Shown in pieces: positions 35,501 through 46,654 of a DNA stretch of 64,000 nucleotides. The stretch is from positions 3,038,001-3,102,000 of the forward strand of contig CATNEN010000007.1 in the NCBI GenBank assembly GCA_950097015.1, read 5' to 3'. The position numbers were made by a program, and so were the translations under genes. This stretch comes from Macrostomum hystrix. Its lineage: Eukaryota; Animalia; Platyhelminthes. The notes below the pieces were generated by a model. The model searched no databases and had not been told where the DNA came from. It saw only the letters and a list, made by a program, of their open reading frames with translations. Each line of letters starts with the position of its first letter. The first letter of the stretch is position 1.

Positions 35501-35944
35501 ATAGTCAAAGAATCCTGTGCATTAGGACTCGAATGACATGAAAGTTACAAGTTCATGAATAACTTCTGCTTAAATTAAAAAAGCGCTATTCTATGATCTG
35601 CTGAATACTGATAGTAGTATCATTCCGTAACACAAAAGTCGTGTGGAACATATATGTTTATAAAGAACACAACGCGATCTAGAAACGTTTTTTTATTTGA
35701 AATTTGTGACCTAAATTTAAACAATCTACTAACAAAAGTAGTGCATATAGTTGCTTTCTTATCTAAAAAATTGTAAATTTAAGAAAATGTAACTAAAATT
35801 CGGCGTAACAAATTAAACAGTAACTAGCTATTTGCGACATTGAATTGAATAAAACAATATACATATATGTTAGAAGCAATGGAATTAGTTTTGTTTAGTT
35901 CAGTAGATAGACCATGCTATTTTCCCCGTGGGGAAGACCACGTG

Positions 35945-36960
35945 GGTATTTCAAATACCCACTGCCTACTTCACAATAGCTCCTAAACCGAATGACCGAT
36001 TTTTTGTGAAAGTCACAAACCATACGGATCAAAGCTTTCCGCCCTTTACGATGAACTAACTTTCAAAGCCATCCGACGTCAGAATCGTCAAGATATTCAG
36101 CGATTCTTGTCGAAGACCCTGGTGACAAGGACACTAGCATTGGTTTGGTCTGTATATATTGGTTGCAAAGCTGGAACTATGCTGGTTCGGTGATTGACTG
36201 AGGCGAGGAATTTGGTCTCGCCTGGTATTGGTAAATTGGTATTTTACCAATTGGAATTGGTAAAATGGCCGGAGATCCGAGTCTGAAAGTCATAGAGCAT
36301 ATGAGTCGAATTGAGCCAAGTGGTGTCCTTACTTGCCAACGCCTAGTAAGCTCCCCTGTGGAGTGCCCAAAGCGGAGTCAAACTCTATGAGTCTCTGCCC
36401 GCTTTACCAGAAGCCAAATACTGCCAATATGCCCTAACGGGCGGCGGTCGGCGACTGGGTTTGAGGCTGCGTAAAGCAAGGAACGAGGGAGTCTGGCGTA
36501 GAGGTTGACCTGTAAGTGTGTGTGCTCTCCGGGTGCGAAAGCCCCGGGGCGTTCTGGCGAAGGCCGGGACGCTTGTGCCTCCTACTGGGACATTAGAGCA
36601 GCTGTCCTAAGATGGCGCACCTGGGTCCTCCTCCCTCCATTTGCGTCCAGACACAAGGGTCGTCCGGCCCGTCCTTCCGACGTGCACCGGTCCTACGTTG
36701 GGGGCGGAGTCCGCGCCCCCCAAACCCCCCGCGGAACTGTATGGCGAATCGACACTGGTTCAATAAATAATAACTAACAATATAATCGATGCAATAATCA
36801 ATGATAGCCGGCATGGTTACATTATGAAATTTTGTGAGCACAAAAACCTTACCTTTATTGGTGGTTTTTTCCACCAGACACGTCGACGATAATCGTTGAA
36901 TACCTCGACGATGCCGAAGTTTTGATTGTGAAAGTTGTTTTATTGAAATAAGCCGTGGTC
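35945..36960 (+). mobile_element. Unclassified interspersed repeat related to 43190-43470, carrying an extra ~0.6-kb GC-rich segment
   Basis: Shared blocks TTCAAATACCCACTGCCTACTT, AAACCGAATGACCGATTTT, TCCGCCCTTTA, TGACAAGGACA, TAACAATATAATC and CTCGACGATGCC occur in the same order in both copies. Confidence 0.7.
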
Positions 36961-37114
36961 TATCTACGGTTAATTACGATCAGTGTGCCTATCTTATTAT
37001 TAGGTAACGTTGCGCACATCCAGCGTTGCTTCTCACGAAGTTATTGAGAAGTCTAACCAGCAAGCTAGACTGAATAAATTCAAGGAATAGGCATGCGCAA
37101 ATCGGATGTACAGG

Positions 37115-38218
37115 TCAGGCCTCGTCCCGGCCGTGGATGTTGTCGTAGATCACTCCGTCGACGCCCCAGTCGCGCTGCAGTATTCGGTAAGCAGAGCTGT
37201 TATTGGCCGGGCCCCAGGTCAGGCAGCGAATGCCGAGGCGTTTGCAATCGAGAACGAACTCGCGACCTAGCTCTTCTTGTCCGTTGGTGCCTGGTGCTGC
37301 AACAATTTTCTGGCTAGAAGAGTTGGCCTCATGCGCCAGCAGCTCCTCGGAATGAATGGCCACACCTTGCAGGCCGGCGGAGGTCGCGAACTCGAGCCCA
37401 GTTTGTCTGTTGAGTCCGTGCAGTTCAGTGTACTTGTGGCTCTCCTTGTGGTTCATGAGGAACACCGTGGGGCATTCCGGGTGCAGCCTGCGCAGCACCA
37501 AGCAAACTTCCGACACGAAGCACGAGTAGAAGATCGGTCGGCGGCTGCCGTCGCTTAGCAACCGCACGGCGTCAACAATGGTGGTTACGTAGTCCTCCAG
37601 GTCCCAGTGGAACTCAGGACAGAGGCTTGAGCCGTCCTGAATGATGCGGGCGAGAAGACCAATTTTCTGAGTTCTCCTATGTCAATTTTAAAAGAGAGTG
37701 CAAGAGTCGTAATTCACGGGATCATGAGATTAGACAGCGACAGCTTAAAACAACTCCTAACAAAATTAGAAACCGTAAAAAGGACTCACAACAAACTTTC
37801 TCGGATACTTGATCTCAACATCGAATCCCAGCTCCTCGGGAAGCTGGCGAAAGAACGACTCCATGGTGGCGTACTGATGCTCATCCGGCCCGAAGCTGTC
37901 GCACTCCCGGTTGATCGCCTGCAATTCGGCCAGCGTCAGGTCGCCAACAAATCTGCCATCGTCAGTGTAGAAGTTGTGGTGCACAATGGGCACGCGGTCC
38001 CGGCTCAACTGGATGTCGAATTCCACAAAGTGGCCACCAGCAGAGTGTGTGGCCAGCATTGAGCGCAGGGTGTTCTCGCGAATCCGGGGCGGTGGCGGCT
38101 GGCCCAGCTGAGCGCATCGCTGCCTGTGCAGCTCCTGCTCTTGACAGGTGCCGACTCCGCGATGGCCCATCAGCAACATCTGCGTGCCATCAGCTGGCGG
38201 GCCCAGCGGGTCTGGCAT
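37115..38218 (-). CDS. Glycerophosphodiester phosphodiesterase (GDE5/GPCPD1-like catalytic domain only); exons 38218-37790 and 37636-37115
   Basis: Motifs MGHRGVG, RENT, VEFDIQLSRD, FDVEIKYP, IFYSCF and GVDGVIYD. Phase-0 intron GTT|GTGAGT...ATTCAG|GAC. Confidence 0.9.
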
Positions 38219-38819
38219 GATCACTCAGATTAGATGATTAAATATCTAGCTGCTTAGTTCCAGCAGATCTTTCTCGCTCTGCTCGGGCCTAGCTAGCTAG
38301 CTCTCTTCATTTTACAGAAGGGTCGTCTTGTCCTCGCTTCACTTGAGGGAGGGGTAGGGAGGGGGTAGGGAGGGGGTAGGGAGGCATAGGCAGGGGTTTT
38401 CCAAATAGAATAGGGGACAGAAGGGAATGTACATTCCCAATGTACTCTGACGCTTGCAAAAGGCAACACATACACCCCACAAACTTGCCTCCTTGGCTAG
38501 AGTTTTCTTCGCACTTCTAACCCACGAGTCTATCTATAGATAATGTACATTTGTGTGCAAAGAAACTGAAAGGCAGGAACAAAATTTAGGTATTTTAATA
38601 AGCACAGCATAATTAATATTAACAGTACACTCGAAGAGTCAAAGTAAAAGTGTTGCAACTTGAAGTCGAAAGTACGTGCGTAAAACTGGTGGGCAAAACT
38701 GTATTTAAGATTTTTTTTACTTTTAGGACAGAGGTTTTTGTAAAACCCGCAGAAAAAAACTGGGCCTGTTTTAACATGCTAAGAATCTTCCTTCACTGTC
38801 CGTCCTTTCTTCTCAATTG

Positions 38820-39352
38820 TTAACACGAAGCTGAACTTCAGTCCTGTCTCTCTCTCACACGAATCTGAACTTCAGTCCTGTCTCTCTCTCACACGAAGCT
38901 GAACTTCAGTCCTGTCTCTCTCTCACACGAAGCTGAACTTCAGTCCTGTCTCTCTGTCACACGAATCTGAACTTCAGTCCTGTCTCTCTCACACGAAGCT
39001 GAACTTCAGTCCTGTCTCTCTCTCACACGAATCTGAACTTCAGTCCTGTCTCTCTCTCACACGAATCTGAACTTCAGTCCTGTCTCTCTCTCACACGAAT
39101 CTGAACTTCAGTCCTGTCTCTCTCTCACACGAAGCTGAACTTCAGTCCTGTCTCTCTCTCACACGAAACTGAACTTCAGTCCTGTCTCTCTGTCACACGA
39201 ATCTGAACTTCAGTCCTGTCTCTCTCTCTCTCTCACGAATCTGAACTTCAGTCCTGTCTCTCTCTCACACGAATCTGAACTTCAGTCCTGTCTCTCTCTC
39301 ACACGAAGCTGAACTTCAGTCCTGTCTCTCTCTCACACGAAGCTAAACTTCG
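38820..39352 (+). repeat. ~34-bp minisatellite (CACGAAGCTGAACTTCAGTCCTGTCTCTCTCTCA)n
   Basis: About 15 units, abutting and including the lectin gene's stop codon. Confidence 0.97.
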
Positions 39353-40070
39353 CCCAGTCCTCGCTGTTCTCGATCTCAGATTCGACCTGAGCGTCAGTGA
39401 ACAGCAGCAGGCGGCACAGCTGCGACTTCCTGTTGTACAGTGCGCGTCTGCAATTCGTATCTCGACCAGCCGCAGCCACGCAGCTGACAGCGCTCGGCAT
39501 GCTGTGCAGGTCTTTGTAGCAGTACTCGGAGCTCGGGTTTTAGCTGGTCCTGTTGAATGCCACTCGCTTCCAGGCTGCCAGCTGCAGGCCTCGAACAGGC
39601 GGACTAGATTTTTTGAACTCACACAGGTAGCCAATTTGGTTAGAGCATTTATAATTGGTCAAGCTTCCCGGATGGCTTAGGTGATAAATCCTCAAGCAGT
39701 CCTGACTTACATCGTTAGGATTCTCTTTGTACCAAATTGAATCATCCGATGGAAGCAACCCGTTGTCAAAGATTCGCTGCCAACCTGACCTGGAAGCGAT
39801 TTGCTCATCGGCAAGATCAGACACTCCGATCCACAAAAACTCATTGTTGCTGGACGCCTGTCTCCTGATGGAGCTGAAGTTGTTGGCCAGCTCGCCTCCC
39901 ATCGATGCGCATTCCAAATTGGCCTCGCACCACGAATAGTTCTGATTGAGGTTCGTGTACAGGCACAAACCAGAGGACTCGGTGAAGGTATTTGGGCACA
40001 GTGCCTGAGCCTGCACTGAACTCACCAGTAGCAGTACAGTCATAAACGAGTGTGGGCCGATGCGGGACAT
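39333..40070 (-). pseudogene. Secreted C-type lectin + PAN/Apple-like protein with an in-frame TAA at 39542-39540
   Basis: Signal peptide and CTLD (CPNTF..LC..SWCEANLEC..GGELA..LWIGVSD..W..ENPN..DC..C..YLCE). The same frame continues after TAA as ...SAVSCV..NCRRALYNRKSQLCRLL...WAKFSFV*. Confidence 0.75.
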
Positions 40071-40934
40071 TCGCTAGCTTTTGGTTGCTGTTGGAGGTTG
40101 CCAATCAAACTTCAGCAATCCGTGTCTTGTGGTCCGAGATGTGGCTTTTAGTTTATTTTTATGCTGATCTAGGCTCGTAGTTTACCTGTCTGTTCTTCAG
40201 GGCTGCTCAATATTACCTCCATTTAGCAAAAACTCATGTTTAATGCTATCAGTGACGGCTTTTAGACTTGCGTGTTACCACCGACACTCCGATCGGCTCC
40301 ATAAAGGGTGTCAGAAAGCAGTTCGCTTTTCCTTTATCGGTAAAAGCGAGATAAAAAGGCTCCTGTTTCTAGTTTCCAAAAACCTGATTGCACCGCTACT
40401 TTCTGTTGCGTTGTTTACATTTAGCCAAGAAAAATCCCCAGAAACTGTTCCGAGCGGTTCAAACAAAACTGCTTTCGCAGTTGGTGATGCTGTCTGAGAA
40501 GAGAATAATTTCCAATCCCCCTGACTTTTTGGTTTAGCAACTCAGTGGCAAGAAATTTGCCTTGGAAAGCGGTACAGATTAGTGCATGCAGGTGTAAAGG
40601 AAGAAGATTTCTAAGCTACCATCGAGACAAAAACTTGATTTGGGATCTGTTGGTGAAGCAGTAGATTTCACAGAATTTCCCGTGATCAAGCACCTGCGTG
40701 GACTGAATGCTGCCTGAGAGGATCAGCAGTCCCTTCTAGGCGCTTAGAAAGTTTACCCAGCAAAGTTTTTTTGTCTTTTACGTACGTAAGTCGTTTAAAA
40801 TTGATCGGGCTAATTAAATGAGTATAGAAAACGCGTGGGGAAAATCAATGGTTTTCGCGTTTCGAAGATGTTCTTCTGTATTTATTTGCTTTCAATGTCA
40901 ATCGAACAATCCATAGCTTGGAATGCGGGGCGAC

Positions 40935-41259
40935 TCATCGATTCAACCCGGGCAGCTGAGGCACCCGGATCTGCGCCTTCTCTTCGCCGCCGCTGCCTCC
41001 TCTGTCACCTGCCTGCGGCTGTCCGCCGTTGCCTCGGGGGCCGCCGTCGCCGGCACCTCCGGCGGGTCCGGCGCCGTCACCGCCCGGAGCGGCGGAGTTC
41101 AGCTGCAGCATCGCGGCTGGTGGAAATGGTCAAAGGTTTTAGCAGGCGCTTATTGAACATTCTTTGCTTGGCAAGATGAACCCCATGGTTGAACTTCATA
41201 ACACGAATTATGCATTTACCTGCGAGGACTAGAACGAGCATTACCTTGGCTAGCGTCAT
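40935..41259 (-). CDS. Small secreted Gly-rich peptide (73 aa); exons 41259-41220 and 41116-40935
   Basis: Phase-1 intron G|GTAAAT...TTTCCACCAG|CC. The product MTLAKVMLVLVLAAAMLQLNSA-APGGDGAGPAGG...IRVPQLPGLNR has a clean signal peptide. Confidence 0.6.
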
Positions 41260-41647
41260 CTCAGTAACTCAGAAAGAAGGCAGAGAGGTGAGAACAGTTG
41301 CTTGTATTTTTCCTTACTTGAGACGCTAAAGCTTGGTTCAGCTTTTATTGTGTCCGTGAAAATTGATTATCGCTTTTTCATGCTTTAATGGATGCAATCA
41401 GAAAAACGGTGACCCTGTGCGATTTTTAATGGGGATATTTATTACATATTGTACTCCAACGCCAAGCTTTCCAAAGCGTTTCCAATCAGCTGTGAAAACT
41501 GATAAAAAAAATTTCTAGATAAAATCTTTTCCAGGAAGAGCAATCGACTGATTGATTTAAACATCGAGTTGAGCAGTCGACTGGGTAGCTTAGGAGGAAA
41601 AATGCACAAAAGCAATTTGTTGGCAGACCGTCTGGAGATTTTCTTAA

Positions 41648-42215
41648 TCGCATCAAGAACTGTAGCTAGAATCGCATCAAGAACTGTAGCTAGAATCGCA
41701 TCAAGAACTGTAGCTAGAATCGCATCAAGAACTGTAGCTAGAATCGCATCAAGAACTGTAGCTAGAATCGCATCAAGAACTATAGCTAGAATCGCATCAA
41801 GAACTGTAGCTAGAATCGCATCAAGAACTGTAGCTAGAATCGCATCAAGAACTGTAGCTAGAATCGCATCAAGAACTGTAGCTAGAATCGCATCAAGAGC
41901 TGTAGCTAGAATCGCATCAAGAGCTGTAGCTAGAATCGCATCAAGAACTGTAGCTAGAATCGCATCAAGAACTGTAGCTAGAATCGCATCAAGAACTGTA
42001 GCTAGAATCGCATCAAGAACTGTAGCTAGAATCGCATCAAGAGCTGTAGCTAGAATCGCATCAAGAACTGTAGCTAGAATCGCATCAAGAACTGTAGCTA
42101 GAATCGCATCAAGAACTGTAGCTAGAATCGCATCAAGAACTGTAGCTAGAATCGCATCAAGAACTGTAGCTAGAATCGCATCAAGAACTGTAGCTAGAAT
42201 CGCATCAAGAGCAGT
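41648..42215 (+). repeat. 24-bp minisatellite (GAATCGCATCAAGAACTGTAGCTA)n
   Basis: About 23-24 units. Confidence 0.98.
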
Positions 42216-42682
42216 AGCTAAAACCACACTGTAGTGATTAATAACACAGTTTACACCATCCAGGTAGCAGAGTTACAGGTGGCTCGCTGGATGTTTGTCT
42301 GACCTCTCAGTTACTCTCAGGCCTCCCTCCATATTTTCCTTCTCATGCGCTGTTTTCCAGAGCTTTCGGGCAGGAAGAGGCAGCCAGGTATGAAGGGTTT
42401 GAGGGGCCGAACATTCATATTGCGCAGGTAGAATAGGCAGGAATGGGGACTGGCCGAGGCTCTGTGCTGAAGCAAGCACTAAATTTGCTGCGCCCGAAGC
42501 ACTGCAGGAATTTTCAACCTAAAATGGAAAGGACGCTGCTGCAACCACCTCAAAGAAGAGAAACCCGAGCCTAGATCTCAACTTGAAAGCAGAGGCACAG
42601 CACAAACTACATAATATAATTTTTCTACATCACTCTCATTCTATTTTTTTCAAACCCTCGCATGAGAAAATTTTATCAGCCG

Positions 42683-42788
42683 CAGATAGTAGCAGATAGC
42701 AGCGGATAGCAGCAGATAGCAGCAGATAGCAGCAGATAGCAGCAGATAGCAGCAGATAGCAGCGGATAGCAGCGGATAGCAGCAGATA
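42683..42788 (+). repeat. 10-bp repeat (GATAGCAGCA)n immediately upstream of the DOMON gene ATG
   Basis: About 10 units. Confidence 0.92.
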
Positions 42789-42807
42789 ATTCCGCTTGGC
42801 TTTCACA

Positions 42808-45244
42808 ATGCGGCATCGCTCGTGGCTGCTTCTGACACTCTGCCTCATCGCCAGGATGACTCGCTCTGCAGCCGCTCAGGCAGCAGCCGGCGGTGGCAGC
42901 TCAGATTCAGGCAGAGCTGGAACTCCCGTGTACCCCGTTCTGTGCGACTCGAGCACCCAGGGCTGCATCCGGCAGCCGCTGAACTGCCGCAGCGTGCACC
43001 GCAGCGGCGCTGGCAACCTCGGCTGCGACTACCTAGCAGCCTGGCAACGGGCGGGTGACGGCAGCGGCGACCTGGAGCTTGCAGTCGGCGGTCTCGTGGA
43101 TCTGGATGGCGGCTACATCGCTATCGGATTTCGGCCTAGCAGAGGCGGCAGTGGCGGACCAGGTACCTTAACAGCAGAAAGAGCAGAAAGCTGTTTTCAA
43201 ATACCCACTGCCTACTTCCCAAACCGAATGACCGATTTTCGTGAAAGTCCACCATACGGATTAAACTTCTCCGCCCTTTAAGACCCTGACAAGGACAACT
43301 AAGATTGCTCAGTATAAATATCTATATTTATATCCATATTGGTTCAAAAGTGTATAAATTAACAATATAATCAATACAATATGTTCAGCAATACTATCCG
43401 ACACCCGACGAGATCGTCGTCGAACATCTCGACGATGCCTATGTTTTGAGATTCTGGAAGTTGTCTGGATTTCCTTGGCGATTGGTTGCAATATTTTAGA
43501 AGATACAGAAAAAAAGATTTGGCCCTAAAGACTTCGGCTGATAAAGTGTTCAGCGTATTCACTGTCATACTGGATGGTAAAATGTGAATAGAGAAAACCT
43601 CATGCTCGCATGTTGATTTGCACCATCCCATTCACACCACACAGGCGTCATATTGGCCTGCTACAAATCACCGCTTGACTCCAATGTTCACTTGCGCCTG
43701 GTGTCCGCGGACAGGGCCCTGTACTTCCTGCAAGCCTCGGAGGCCAACGACGCCCGCCTGCTGACGGAGGCGGACAGCGCGCCGCTGTTCGGCGCTGACC
43801 GGCCCGAGATGGCCGGCTATTTCTGGCCGCTGGCCGGCATAGGCCACGCCACCCTCGAGTGCCGGGCACGGCTCCGGCTGCACCACCCGCTGCTGGACTG
43901 GCTGAGGAATCCGGATGTCCTCGTGCACCCCGTCGGATTGCGACGCCCCGGACGGCATCCGTTGAAGTCTGACGGGCTGGCCAAGCCGAAGTGGCGCTAC
44001 GCGGGTCCGGCTCGGTCGCTTGCCGAGAGCGGCAATTCGTTGGGACCGGCCAGCACCGGCGGCGCCAAGGCGCACGGCTGCCTGATGGTGCTGGCGTGGG
44101 TGCTGTGCGCCTCCGTCGGCATGCTGCTGGCCAGGTGAGTGCATTCGCAATTCCAGCATTCCAGCTACTCTAGTTGGATGCTCTCAGTTAGAGTAGATTA
44201 TCGCCTGCAGCACCTTTCTGGAGCGCTAACTGGGAGCTTGTATTAGCCCAGAGGCTAATTCGAGCCAAGAACTTCTCACTGAGATGTCGGGAGTTCGAAT
44301 CCCAGGGACTCACTTAATTGAGTCCTTAGCTCACCCAACTGGGAAATGTGTCGCAGGAATAAAGAGATAAAAAAATTTAGTTTCAGAAAAACCCTCGTGG
44401 TCTCTGTATTGTTACATGCAAATGTTTGATTTGAATGCGAGTTTCACCAAAAGTCTGTGTAAAATGCTATGGAAGTGCTGGAGTTGTAATAAAAACACGT
44501 TTTCTAAGTCATTGATCAGAGCAGGAAGAATCATGCAAGCACGTGTCGCATCCCAACAAACCCCAATTGAACAGGTACTACAAGCTGCAGTGGCCAGCCC
44601 GTCGGCTAGGCAAAGAGCTGGCCTGGTTCCAGGTGCACCGCGCCCTCATGGCCTCCTGCTGCATCCTGACCCTCATCTCCTTCATCGTCATCTTCGCCGA
44701 TGTAGCTGGCTACAGCGGGCTAGAAGAACTGCCGGACATTGTCCACCCAGTGCTGGGCATCATCGTCACAATCCTTACGCTGGCCAACCCGCTCATCTCT
44801 CTGTGCCGCTGCGAGCCGTCGGACAGGAAGCGGCCCTGGTTCAACTGGATCCACTGGCTGGTGGGCACCGTAGCCTACATCCTGGCCGTCATCAACCTGT
44901 TCCTGGGCCTCCGACTGGAGCGAGCAGGGGCTCTGCGCAGCATCGACTACCACATCTGGATACTCATCTTCTTCGTGCTGTTCCAGTTCGTGCTAGAGAT
45001 CTTCCTGGAGATCCACACCCTGTGCTACTGGAAGAAGAACAAGAGCCGCTGGCGCCAGTACCAGCAGGATGTGCAGGACTACCAGCGCGGCCTGAAGGAC
45101 GCCGGCACACTGCAGAAGCCGCAGGCGAGGCCGGTGGAGCCCAGACCTGTGGGCTATTGCCTGCGGACATTCCTGCTGACGTTGCACTTCATAATTGCCG
45201 CCACCGTGGCCGTCATTCTCATAGTGGTAATCATCGTATACTGA
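42808..45244 (+). CDS. DOMON + cytochrome b561 protein (ferric-chelate reductase FRRS1/SDR2-like); exons 42808-43162, 43645-44134, 44575-45244 (504 aa)
   Basis: Signal peptide, DOMON-like GYIAIGF, and cytochrome b561 His motifs (KAHGCLMVLAW, WFQVHRALM, HPVLGII, FNWIHWLVG). Intron phases 1 and 2 are compatible. Confidence 0.9.
43190..43470 (+). mobile_element. Short copy of the 35945-36960 interspersed repeat in intron 1 of the DOMON gene
   Basis: Collinear shared blocks without the GC-rich insert. Confidence 0.65.
44240..44345 (+). mobile_element. tRNA-like/SINE head remnant in intron 2
   Basis: A-box-like TAGCCCAGAGG and B-box GGAGTTCGAATCCC. No complete cloverleaf is evident. Confidence 0.5.
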
Positions 45245-45284
45245 TTGGACTACATGCCCATCCGCGTGGCAACTGCATGGCAAC

Positions 45285-45520
45285 AGTAAACAGTAAAGTG
45301 TAAACAGTAAAGTGTAAACAGTAAAATTTAAACTGTAAACTGTAAACAGTAAACTGTAGACAGTAAACTGTAAACAGTAAACTGTAGACAGTAAACTGTA
45401 GACAGTAAACTGTAAACAGTAAACTGTAAACAGTAAACTGTAAACAGTAAACTGTAAACTGTAAACAGTAAACTGTAAACAGTAAACTGTAAACAGAAAA
45501 GTGTAAACTATAAACAGTAA
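45285..45520 (+). repeat. (AAACTGTAAACAGT)n repeat 3' of the DOMON gene
   Basis: Direct inspection. Confidence 0.93.
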
Positions 45521-46654
45521 AGATTCGATGAATGAGCAGCTTACAAACTATGATAGATATTTCGCAAATTAATAGTAATTTTTATTCCACAAAAACGAGA
45601 CCGACTAACTGCCACGTTTTTTCTACTGATTTTTGCTTCTTATTTTAACAAACGTACGAGTACCTATGCAGTTTTTAATATTCTAAAAATGTTTTGTTAA
45701 TCGTGGCATTGTGTTAGTCATGCGCAAAACTTATTTTTGCCCTTTAAATGTAAGTGATCATCAGTAACCCTACGATGACTCGTATAACTCGGCTAATATT
45801 TAAGTAATAACATTATCGAACTATTGAATTCATAATCTGCATTCAACTAACGCCATGAAATAAAAAGCTATTTGAATTTTAACGAGTTTTTTTACGAAAA
45901 AAACTAACAAGCACAGAGATGATAGAAAACTGTTATTTAATGACCTAAATAGCTAAAGAGAAGGGGTCTGATTCCATTTTATATTTCCGATTTGATAGGG
46001 AAATTAAAACAAGCTAACGAACAATGCTAAATAGTAATTTTCATAAACCAGCTGCTTTACGACATCAACTGAAATAATACTCTACTCGAAAATGAAATCT
46101 GCTTGAGGAAACTCATGTTTTAGTCTAATGAACCTATGAGGACTACAAAAGCCAGACTACGAAGGACATAATATAACCATTGAGTTGTAACCGAAATGTT
46201 CGAATGACATAAAAATGGTGTTTAAATAATAATATCGCTCTCTCTCTTTCTCTATGCGGGGGGAAATGAAAGCTACAACAAAAAGCTAAGCGACTCCTAC
46301 AGACCTACTGTGAGTAGGCAGTTGAGGGCAGAAGTTTTTAGAAAAATACCAACTTGCGCAGCGGATATTATCAGAAAATTTGTAACAAGAAATCCGTCAG
46401 TTTCTAATGAGGGTCATCTTGCTGGGAGACTCACTAATCACTAGGTCGATTGATCTTTGTTGTTTTTAAATAAAGTAAAAAGGTCCGCTGGGTGTGAGAC
46501 GATAATAAAGTTTTTGGTCACCGCCTTGTCGTATTCGCAAAAGTTTACTTTTGTTAAAGCGACACTGGAGCGAAGCGATTTCTAGGAAAATGGTTCTACA
46601 TGAATCTTTCTAAGAAATCGTTCCGCTACAGCAGCTCAGCATTTAGTGCTCAAA

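Noticed and set aside
41442-42234. TVLDAILA / ASRTVARI repeat ORFs
   Set aside because: A 24-bp minisatellite read on both strands.
44240-44345. Possible tRNA gene
   Set aside because: A/B boxes are present, but I could not build an acceptor stem or a canonical anticodon arm. Treated as a SINE head.
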